Shown here in pieces: positions 29,926 through 37,435 of a DNA stretch of 39,068 nucleotides; positions within the stretch are counted from its first letter, which is position 1, and each line of letters starts with the position of its first letter. Below the pieces are notes generated by a model that was not told where the DNA came from, did not search any database, and saw nothing but the letters and a program-made list of their open reading frames with translations. The DNA lies in the sequence record SRR31156797_15625; one strand, written 5' to 3'. The position numbers were made by a program, and so were the translations under genes.

Positions 29926-29954
29926 CTTGAAAAGTGGCGTATATGTAACCATCT
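29926..29954 (+). promoter_or_regulatory. Sigma32 heat-shock promoter of clpB
   Basis: CTTGAAA-N14-AACCATCT vs consensus CTTGAAA-N13/14-CCCCATNT. Confidence 0.75.
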
Positions 29955-29999
29955 TACTTAACGTTAATGTTTATCTCAGTTGAGGTTAGGAAGGTTGTT

Positions 30000-32573
30000 A
30001 TGCGTCTCGACAGATTTACCAGTAAATTCCAGATAGCAATTTCTGACGCCCAGTCACTCGCACTCGGGCGAGATCATCAATATATTGAACCTGTGCACTT
30101 GATGGTTGCGCTGCTTGATCAAAACGGCAGCCCAATTCGTCCACTGCTAACCATGCTTGACGTAGATGTCATGCAGCTTCGTTCCAAATTGGGCGAGACG
30201 CTTGATCGTCTACCAAAAGTGAGCGGGATTGGTGGTGATGTACAGCTTTCCAGTGCTTTAGGTACTTTGTTCAACCTGTGTGACAAAGTGGCTCAAAAGC
30301 GTCAAGACTCTTATATATCTTCTGAAATTTATCTTTTAGCGGCGATTGAAGATCGTGGTCCGCTAGGTCAAATCCTTAAAGAGTTTGGTCTGAATGAAAA
30401 GAAAGTCTCAGACGCTATTGAGAAGATCCGTGGTGGTCAGAAAGTCAATAACCCGAACGCGGAAGAACTTCGTCAGGCTTTAGAAAAATTTACTATCGAT
30501 CTTACTGAACGAGCAGAGCAGGGGAAGCTTGATCCTGTTATCGGTCGTGATGATGAGATCCGTAGAACGATCCAGGTATTGCAACGTCGTACTAAAAACA
30601 ATCCGGTGATCATTGGAGAACCGGGCGTAGGTAAAACGGCGATTGTTGAAGGTTTAGCACAGCGTATTATCAATAACGAAGTGCCAGAAGGACTTCGTGG
30701 ACGTCGCGTACTCTCTTTAGATATGGGTGCGTTAGTTGCGGGAGCGAAATACCGTGGTGAGTTTGAAGAACGTTTGAAATCGGTACTGAATGAGTTGGCC
30801 AAAGAAGAAGGTAACATCATTCTGTTTATCGATGAGCTTCATACTATGGTGGGTGCAGGTAAAGGCGAAGGCTCAATGGATGCCGGTAACATGCTGAAAC
30901 CTGCTCTTGCTCGTGGTGAGCTTCACTGTGTCGGTGCGACCACGCTCGACGAATACCGTCAGTACATTGAGAAAGATCCGGCCCTTGAACGCCGCTTCCA
31001 AAAAGTACTGGTGGATGAGCCAAGCGTTGAAGATACCATTGCGATTCTGCGTGGGTTGAAAGAGCGTTACGAACTTCACCACCATGTGGAAATTACTGAC
31101 CCTGCGATTGTATCGGCGGCGACTTTGTCTCACCGATATGTTTCGGATCGCCAGTTACCCGATAAAGCGATCGATCTGATAGATGAAGCAGCATCCAGTA
31201 TTCGTATCCAAATCGATTCCAAACCAGAAGAGTTGGATCGACTAGAACGTCGCATTATTCAGCTGAAGATCGAACAGCAAGCATTATCTAAAGAGCACGA
31301 TGAAGCGAGTGAAAAGCGCTTAAAAATTCTCAACGAAGATCTTGGTGAGAAAGAGCGCGAATATGCAGAGCTGGAAGAGGTTTGGAAAACGGAAAAAGCA
31401 GCGTTGTCTGGTACACAACATATTAAAGCCGAGCTTGATCAAGCTCGGATGGATATGGATGTTGCACGACGTGCTGGCGACTTAAACCGTATGTCAGAAC
31501 TGCAATATGGTCGAATTCCTGAGTTGGAGAAACAACTCGATTTGGCTGCACAGGCAGAAATGCAGGAAATGACACTGCTACGTAATAAAGTGACGGATAC
31601 TGAAATTGCCGAAGTTCTTTCTAAGCAAACCGGTATTCCTGTCTCTAAAATGCTTGAAGCAGAGAAAGAGAAGCTGCTTCGCATGGAAGATGTGCTGCAT
31701 AAACGCGTTATCGGTCAGGTAGAAGCGGTTGAAGTGGTATCCAATGCAATTCGCCGTAGCCGTGCCGGATTATCTGATCCAAACAAACCGATTGGCTCAT
31801 TCCTATTCTTAGGTCCAACTGGTGTCGGTAAAACCGAACTTTGTAAAACACTGGCGCACTTTATGTTTGATAGTGAAGATGCCATGGTGCGTATCGATAT
31901 GTCAGAGTTTATGGAGAAACACTCTGTGGCCCGTCTGGTCGGTGCGCCTCCAGGTTATGTCGGTTATGAAGAAGGCGGTTATTTAACAGAAGCGGTTCGT
32001 CGTAAACCTTATTCCGTAATCTTGCTTGATGAGGTTGAGAAAGCGCATCCGGATGTGTTCAACATCTTGCTCCAAGTTCTGGATGATGGTCGTTTAACGG
32101 ATGGTCAGGGTCGTACTGTTGATTTCCGTAATACGGTAGTCATCATGACGTCGAACTTAGGTTCAGCCAGTATTCAGGAAAACTTCGCGTCTTTGGATTA
32201 TCAAGGTATCAAAGAGCGAGTGATGGAAACGGTAAGTAAGCACTTCCGTCCAGAGTTCCTGAACCGTGTTGATGAAAGTGTCGTCTTCCATCCGCTTGGC
32301 AGAGAACACATCAAGTCGATTGCTTCTATTCAGCTGGAACGTCTACATAAACGTCTGGCTGATAAAGAGTACGACCTTGAAGTGAGCGAGGATGCACTGG
32401 ACTTGATAGCTCAGGTTGGTTTTGATCCGGTTTATGGTGCTCGTCCGTTGAAACGTGCTATTCAGCAAAATATTGAGAACCCTTTGGCGAAGTCAATTTT
32501 GTCAGGTCAGTTCTTACCCGGAAAACCTATAAGTCTGGGTGTTCGGGACGGCAATATCATCGCCAGCCAATAA
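30000..32573 (+). CDS. clpB: ATP-dependent disaggregase ClpB (857 aa)
   Basis: MRLDRFT start; two AAA+ modules ([16 protein letters not shown]) with a coiled-coil middle domain. Confidence 0.97.
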   Translation: MRLDRFTSKFQIAISDAQSLALGRDHQYIEPVHLMVALLDQNGSPIRPLLTMLDVDVMQLRSKLGETLDRLPKVSGIGGDVQLSSALGTLFNLCDKVAQKRQDSYISSEIYLLAAIEDRGPLGQILKEFGLNEKKVSDAIEKIRGGQKVNNPNAEELRQALEKFTIDLTERAEQGKLDPVIGRDDEIRRTIQVLQRRTKNNPVIIGEPGVGKTAIVEGLAQRIINNEVPEGLRGRRVLSLDMGALVAGAKYRGEFEERLKSVLNELAKEEGNIILFIDELHTMVGAGKGEGSMDAGNMLKPALARGELHCVGATTLDEYRQYIEKDPALERRFQKVLVDEPSVEDTIAILRGLKERYELHHHVEITDPAIVSAATLSHRYVSDRQLPDKAIDLIDEAASSIRIQIDSKPEELDRLERRIIQLKIEQQALSKEHDEASEKRLKILNEDLGEKEREYAELEEVWKTEKAALSGTQHIKAELDQARMDMDVARRAGDLNRMSELQYGRIPELEKQLDLAAQAEMQEMTLLRNKVTDTEIAEVLSKQTGIPVSKMLEAEKEKLLRMEDVLHKRVIGQVEAVEVVSNAIRRSRAGLSDPNKPIGSFLFLGPTGVGKTELCKTLAHFMFDSEDAMVRIDMSEFMEKHSVARLVGAPPGYVGYEEGGYLTEAVRRKPYSVILLDEVEKAHPDVFNILLQVLDDGRLTDGQGRTVDFRNTVVIMTSNLGSASIQENFASLDYQGIKERVMETVSKHFRPEFLNRVDESVVFHPLGREHIKSIASIQLERLHKRLADKEYDLEVSEDALDLIAQVGFDPVYGARPLKRAIQQNIENPLAKSILSGQFLPGKPISLGVRDGNIIASQ

Positions 32574-32577
32574 TAAG

Positions 32578-32604
32578 AAAAGCCATGCGAAAGCATGGCT
32601 TTTT
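32578..32604. terminator. clpB terminator (probably bidirectional)
   Basis: AAAAGCCATGC-GAAA-GCATGGCTTTTT; a second hairpin at 32617-32650 follows the oxygenase stop. Confidence 0.88.
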
Positions 32605-32660
32605 AGTCTCCGGTGAGTTGTCATTACTGGGCTCGATCTGCAATGACAATTTGGGAGATG

Positions 32661-33644
32661 TTAAGAGAAGTTCGCGTTTATACGCATTTTCAAATAATCC
32701 TGCGCAGTAATTGGTTCGTAAACTTTCTTTGGTCCTTGGATAATCTGATCACGGTTAGCCTGACAGAAGAACGCCATGCTGTAGCGTGAATCTTGATTTT
32801 CCTCTGGAGTAGGCATACGTACACGGTGCAGCGTTGATTTCAATAAATCATCACTCCAACGCATTAACATATCACCGATATTACAACTGATAACGCCAGC
32901 TTTCGGTTCTACTGCGCTCCAAACCAAATTTTCTTTCGCATCTTTACCGGCTGCCGCTTGCAAGCCACCTTGGTTTTCCTGCTGGAATACCATGGTCAGA
33001 CAGTCAAAGTCTGTATGAGCGCCAGCACGCCAGAATTTACCTTCAGCCGGCACCTCTTTCATCGGCAAGTAGTGCAGCATACGTAAAGTGCTCAGATAGT
33101 TTTCTGATTCTCTGTCGTGCGCTTTAGTAAAGAAGTCGCGTTCAAAGCCAAGTTTGTCAGCAAAGCATGACAGGATTTTCATGCCTAGCTTCCAAGCCTG
33201 ATGTTCGAATGAGCGTAGATGGGATTCATAGTCTTCAACCTGTTCATTACTTGGCCATAAATCTTCCATGTGTGGCAAGGTAATTTGGTAAGACTCTTTT
33301 TGATCTGCGGTACCTGTGGAAGGACGAACTTGTTGTTTAAACTCCCAACCAGCATTTAAGCCTTCTTTTAAAGGAAACTGCTCTTTTACTTCTTTTGGTA
33401 GAGAAAAGAATTCTTCGCTCAGCTTAAAGGATTTTTCAATATCAGCTAAAGAAATACCGTGGTCAACTAACTGGAAAAAGCCTACTTGAGTTGCTGCTTC
33501 CCACAGTTGTTCAGTGATTTCTTCGCGTCGGTTATCGAAATCGTTCAAGTTGATCATTGGGATCACGGTATCGTTGGCTTCTAAACCTTGTCCACCAATG
33601 GTTGTTTCAAAGTTAAGTTCGTCTAAAAGGTATGATTGAGTCAT
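32661..33644 (-). CDS. Isopenicillin-N-synthase-family 2OG-Fe(II) oxygenase
   Basis: IPMINL..GFFQLVDHGI N-domain; HTD...H triad (AHTDFD, STLHRV); RYS motif; ATG 33644 follows GGAG. Confidence 0.9.
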   Translation of the reverse strand: MTQSYLLDELNFETTIGGQGLEANDTVIPMINLNDFDNRREEITEQLWEAATQVGFFQLVDHGISLADIEKSFKLSEEFFSLPKEVKEQFPLKEGLNAGWEFKQQVRPSTGTADQKESYQITLPHMEDLWPSNEQVEDYESHLRSFEHQAWKLGMKILSCFADKLGFERDFFTKAHDRESENYLSTLRMLHYLPMKEVPAEGKFWRAGAHTDFDCLTMVFQQENQGGLQAAAGKDAKENLVWSAVEPKAGVISCNIGDMLMRWSDDLLKSTLHRVRMPTPEENQDSRYSMAFFCQANRDQIIQGPKKVYEPITAQDYLKMRINANFS

Positions 33645-33677
33645 TGTTTTTCTCCAATTAAGCAATTGCTTGTTATT

Positions 33678-33739
33678 GGAGCAATGTCCAGCAATAGCTC
33701 AAGAATCCAATCCTTGGTATTACAGACCGCTTCTACTCC
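33678..33739 (-). ncRNA. Xanthine-I (NMT1 motif) riboswitch aptamer, copy 1, before the oxygenase
   Basis: GGAGUAGAAGCGGUC-[extended hairpin]-GGACAUUGCUCC; P1 GGAGUA/UGCUCC. Confidence 0.85.
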
Positions 33740-33788
33740 GTGCTTTTACTCTTTATTTGAGTAAATCTAAACTTTTAAGATGAAGTTG

Positions 33789-34265
33789 CTACCACACTCC
33801 GTGTTGTACTTTCTCTGCCTCGTCTTCAAGTAAGGGGCCGATGACTTCAACGTCGCGCTGGCCTGATTCAAAAACTGTGCGGCATGGCAGTGCAAGAGTG
33901 GGGTTCTCTGGGTGATTACCGGTTAGCTCTTTAAGTTTCGCTTCGCTTAGTCCGTAAACTATTCGTCCTACGCCCGCCCAGTAGATGGCGCCGGCACACA
34001 TTGCACAAGGTTCTGCTGAAATGTACAAGGTGCATCGATTAAGAAAGTCGGGGCGAAACATCTTACTCGCGCGTGTCATAATTAGGCGTTCAGCATGCCC
34101 CGTCATATCGAGATCCGGCAAGTATCCGTTAATTTGTTCCAGTAACACTTCACCGTGTTCATCAACCAGTACAGCTGAGAAAGGGTGAATACCGTTGGTT
34201 TTGGCCTCTTCCGCTAGGGCAAATGTGTAGCGCAACAGTTTAAAATCAGTTTGTTCATTCAGCAT
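33789..34265 (-). CDS. Cytidine-deaminase-fold nucleoside/nucleobase deaminase (guanine deaminase-like)
   Basis: HAE and EPCAMC zinc motifs; AIYWAG. Confidence 0.85.
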   Translation of the reverse strand: MLNEQTDFKLLRYTFALAEEAKTNGIHPFSAVLVDEHGEVLLEQINGYLPDLDMTGHAERLIMTRASKMFRPDFLNRCTLYISAEPCAMCAGAIYWAGVGRIVYGLSEAKLKELTGNHPENPTLALPCRTVFESGQRDVEVIGPLLEDEAEKVQHGVW

Positions 34266-34274
34266 TGAGCGTTC

Positions 34275-35057
34275 CTACCTTTGTTTTTCTTCTTCTGTCA
34301 GGCTCCAAGAGAAGAACCCTTTTTGTACCCAGTTCACCGATTTAAATAGCAACATACTGACTAACGATAAGAAAACCAGTGCTGCAAAGGCTTGTGGAAT
34401 TTTGAAATAGGACGTTGAGAACTGAACTAAGTATCCAAGGCCTTTTTCTGCCGCGACGAACTCAGCAATAACCGAGCCGATAACCGCTAAAGTAATCGCC
34501 ACTTTTACGCCACTGAAAATATGAGGGATCGCATACGGAAGGCGTATTTGCCAAATTGTTTTACTGTTTTTCACACTCAGTGAGCGTGATAGTTCAATCA
34601 GCTCTGGTGGTGTCGCTAACATCCCCGTTGTTGCAGAAACCACAAGTGGAAAGAAGGTAATTAGGCACGTGATAGTGAGGCGTGGTGCATCACCGGTCCC
34701 CAAAATCACAATAAGTAGAGGAGCGATCGCTACAACGGGAGTGGACTGGATAATCACAAGAATCGGGAACAAGGCTTTAGTCAAAAATTTTGAGTTAACC
34801 ATCATGATTGCTAAAGGAATACTGATCATAAAAGAGATAGCAAACCCAAGTAGCGCGATTCGTAATGTTGCCCATAGATTATCTAACCAACGTTCCATTG
34901 AAACCTGACTGAATGCTAAAGCAATATCACTCGGTGCTGGCAGGATAAATGTTGGAACAGAAAAGGCACGGCAAATTGCTTCCCAAATAGGGATGATGGC
35001 TAATATCGCTAGCAAAGGTAGCCAATTCTGTGAAAGTTTAGAAAAATACTGTTTCAT
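34275..35057 (-). CDS. NitT/TauT-family ABC transporter permease
   Basis: ILPAPSDI, TPVVAIAPL, IAEFVAAEKGLG; ATG 35057 follows AAGGA (ORF open to 35075). Confidence 0.9.
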   Translation of the reverse strand: MKQYFSKLSQNWLPLLAILAIIPIWEAICRAFSVPTFILPAPSDIALAFSQVSMERWLDNLWATLRIALLGFAISFMISIPLAIMMVNSKFLTKALFPILVIIQSTPVVAIAPLLIVILGTGDAPRLTITCLITFFPLVVSATTGMLATPPELIELSRSLSVKNSKTIWQIRLPYAIPHIFSGVKVAITLAVIGSVIAEFVAAEKGLGYLVQFSTSYFKIPQAFAALVFLSLVSMLLFKSVNWVQKGFFSWSLTEEEKQR

Positions 35058-35081
35058 ATCTATTCCTTTAGACACTTTTCA

Positions 35082-35909
35082 TTAAGCGACCGTTTTACGG
35101 ATAGGCTCAACGTTGTCCTGATCTTTGCTTTCTGGATCACTACTTTTTTCTGAACGATAGAAGTATTCGCGAATCTTATTGGTGTAAGAACCGAACTTAG
35201 GATCCTGCAATGTATGAATATCTCTTGGACGAGGTAAATCCACTTTGATTTCCTCCAGTACCGTACTTGGGCGTGGGCCCATAACCAGTACTTTGTCTGC
35301 AAGTAACACCGCTTCTGAGATTGAGTGAGTAATGAATAGAACCGTCTTAGGCTTTTCCATCCAGATTTTCTGCAGCTCAAACCCCATTTCTTCACGGGTT
35401 AATGCGTCTAATGCTGAGAAAGGTTCATCCATGATCAAAATATCTGGATTCAGTAACAGAGCGCGAGCGATACCCACCCGTTGCTGCATACCGCCAGATA
35501 GCAGATCCGGCATACTGCTTTCAAAGCCCGCTAAACCGACCATATCAAGCAGCTTTCTTGCGTTATTTTGTTCTTTCTTACTTACATAGTTGAACTTGTG
35601 TTTAAGAGGGAACAGCACATTGTCCAGGATATTTTTCCAGGGAAGCAGTGTTGGTTTTTGAAAAACAATGCCGATATCTTCACGTGGACCAGTAACTGGG
35701 TGACCAAAAACCGAAATCTCACCCTGAGTCGGTGTAATTAACCCTGACAGTAGGCGCAGCAAGGTAGACTTGCCGCAACCTGAAGGACCAACGATGGCGA
35801 CGAACTCATGCTTTTCAACATTGAAGTCGACATCGTTGAGAACCGTAACCGAATGTTTGTCAGAGTTATAGGTATGACCTATACGCTTGAACGAAACAAA
35901 TGGTTGCAT
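35082..35909 (-). CDS. NitT/TauT-family ABC transporter ATPase
   Basis: GPSGCGKS, LLPW, LSGGMQQR, MDEPFSALD, ITHS. Confidence 0.93.
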   Translation of the reverse strand: MQPFVSFKRIGHTYNSDKHSVTVLNDVDFNVEKHEFVAIVGPSGCGKSTLLRLLSGLITPTQGEISVFGHPVTGPREDIGIVFQKPTLLPWKNILDNVLFPLKHKFNYVSKKEQNNARKLLDMVGLAGFESSMPDLLSGGMQQRVGIARALLLNPDILIMDEPFSALDALTREEMGFELQKIWMEKPKTVLFITHSISEAVLLADKVLVMGPRPSTVLEEIKVDLPRPRDIHTLQDPKFGSYTNKIREYFYRSEKSSDPESKDQDNVEPIRKTVA

Positions 35910-36910
35910 TAGTTCACTCCCTGGAAGAACTGACGATCAACCGCAGTTTCTGGGTCGAGTTTGTTGATATCTAGACCTTGAGCTTCTGCTGTCCATTTCC
36001 ACGTTTCGTTTAGACGAGATGGAGTGAAGCTACCCACACCGTCGCGTTTAGACACTTCGTTTAGAACTAAGCCGTGAATAGATTTAATTGTGTCGCTTGC
36101 TTGAGCTGAATCCACTTCTGGAACCATTTTTGTTACATCTGCGCCACTTTCTTCTGGGTGAGCCCAAGTGTATTCAACCGCTTTTGCGTAAGCTTTTACA
36201 AAGCGCTTAACGATATCTGGATTTTCAGACATGAACTTATCGCTTGCGATAATCGATGATGAATAGAACTCTAGGCCAGCATCGTACCAAGGTAGAACGT
36301 TAAGTTTTTTACCCGCTTGCGCAGCTTGCTGTTCGTTCTTAACGCGGTCTGTCATCCATGAGATCATGACATCAGACTGACCGGTAATTAGCATAGGGTT
36401 TAGAGCACCTGGATCTGCTTTAAGAACCTTTACGTCTTTCTCATCAACGCCGTTTTTCTTAAGCATCAGAGGAAGGAATACGTTTGCTGAAGTAAACGGA
36501 GAGGTAACAACTGTTTTGCCTGATACGTCTTCTACAGAATCGATACCTGAATCGTTTAATACATAAAAAGCATAAGGTGCTTTACTGAAAAGAGAGTAGA
36601 TAGCCTTTACAGGCACATTGTCATTTGCTTTTGCGACTAATAGTGCAACGATATCTGCAGAGCCAATATCCGCTGTACCAGTGGCGATTTTTGTAATAGC
36701 GTCTGTCGAACCTTTACCGCCAAGAATAGTGACATCTAAGTCTTCATCAGCGAAAAATCCTTGTTGTACGCCGACATAAACAGGAGCTTTATCACCGCCT
36801 GGTAACCAGTCAAGCTGGAAAGTGACTTTATCAGCGGCAAAGCTACTTGCAGATGCACAAAGCATAGATAGTGCTAGGCTGAGTTTGTTGAATTTAGAAA
36901 TAGTTTTCAT
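35909..36910 (-). CDS. NMT1/THI5-like ABC substrate-binding protein
   Basis: Signal peptide, VTFQLDWLP..APVYVG..GFFADEDLDV, YSSSII; ATG 36910 follows GGAG (ORF open to GTG 36934). Confidence 0.88.
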   Translation of the reverse strand: MKTISKFNKLSLALSMLCASASSFAADKVTFQLDWLPGGDKAPVYVGVQQGFFADEDLDVTILGGKGSTDAITKIATGTADIGSADIVALLVAKANDNVPVKAIYSLFSKAPYAFYVLNDSGIDSVEDVSGKTVVTSPFTSANVFLPLMLKKNGVDEKDVKVLKADPGALNPMLITGQSDVMISWMTDRVKNEQQAAQAGKKLNVLPWYDAGLEFYSSSIIASDKFMSENPDIVKRFVKAYAKAVEYTWAHPEESGADVTKMVPEVDSAQASDTIKSIHGLVLNEVSKRDGVGSFTPSRLNETWKWTAEAQGLDINKLDPETAVDRQFFQGVN

Positions 36911-36977
36911 AGTTACTCCGTGTCTTCCTTTCACTGAAAAGTGCTGTCTATGTTGACGGCATCTTTTACGCTAACTA

Positions 36978-37024
36978 TGAGCAATGTCCCGATACCTGAC
37001 TTAGTACCTAACCGCTTCTACTCA
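36978..37024 (-). ncRNA. Xanthine-I (NMT1 motif) riboswitch aptamer, copy 2, before the ABC operon
   Basis: UGAGUAGAAGCGGUUA-GGUAC/GUAUC hairpin-GGGACAUUGCUCA. Confidence 0.85.
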
Positions 37025-37044
37025 CATTTCCTGATTATGAGTAG

Positions 37045-37060
37045 AGCAAAGCTTGTGCCA
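37045..37060 (-). promoter_or_regulatory. Sigma54 -24/-12 promoter for the ABC operon
   Basis: TGGCAC-AAGCT-TTGCT on the minus strand; predicted start about 37034, just before aptamer copy 2. Confidence 0.8.
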
Positions 37061-37148
37061 TAAAATTAAAATTGTTGAAACTATCATTAACTACTGACTA
37101 ACGAACTGTTAACACAAAAGGGTTCGCTTAAATAATGAAACCGATCTT

Positions 37149-37160
37149 TTTGTATACAAA
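37149..37160. promoter_or_regulatory. GntR/FadR-type operator palindrome
   Basis: Perfect palindrome TTTGTATACAAA; second copy at 37300. Confidence 0.5.
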
Positions 37161-37195
37161 TAAAAGCGGAATATTGACTGGGTGTCGTATGTAAA

Positions 37196-37232
37196 TGCAC
37201 CTTTGTAATGCATTTCACACCAAATTGGTTCA
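37196..37232. promoter_or_regulatory. Tandem NtrC-like enhancer sites
   Basis: TGCACCTTTGTAATGCA (37196-37212) and CACACCAAATTGGTTCA (37216-37232) vs TGCACCA-N3-TGGTGCA. Confidence 0.65.
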
Positions 37233-37283
37233 ATCTAGTTCGATTAGTAGTGAGGGTAAGCTATAGGAGTAAGGGGTTTCTGA

Positions 37284-37299
37284 TGGTCTGTAATTTGCA
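37284..37299 (+). promoter_or_regulatory. Sigma54 -24/-12 promoter for the amidohydrolase
   Basis: TGGTCT-GTAAT-TTGCA with exact GG-N10-GC spacing; predicted start about 37310. Confidence 0.6.
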
Positions 37300-37309
37300 T
37301 TGTATACAG
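37300..37309. promoter_or_regulatory. Second GntR/FadR-type operator abutting the -12 element
   Basis: TTGTATACAG, 9/10 identical to the 37150 site. Confidence 0.45.
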
Positions 37310-37342
37310 AAATGATCATCAAACTGTTTGATGATATGTAAG

Positions 37343-37387
37343 TGAGTAGAAGCGGTTAGGAGTAAAGGGACTCTGGGACATTGCTCA
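37343..37387 (+). ncRNA. Xanthine-I (NMT1 motif) riboswitch aptamer, copy 3, before the amidohydrolase
   Basis: UGAGUAGAAGCGGUUA-GGAGU/ACUCU hairpin-GGGACAUUGCUCA. Confidence 0.85.
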
Positions 37388-37435
37388 ATGGTTAGCAGAT
37401 CGGCTGTAAGGCTGTTGATGTAAAGGGAAGTCTCA

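Noticed and set aside
37038-37045. TCTACTCA anti-aptamer upstream of riboswitch copy 2
   Set aside because: Lies between the sigma54 -12 element and the predicted start, so probably not transcribed
33678-37387. Repeated motif as CRISPR, REP/MITE or IS ends
   Set aside because: Copies are dispersed singly, always sense to a downstream gene, with variable paired interiors; no spacers, target duplications, cas or transposase
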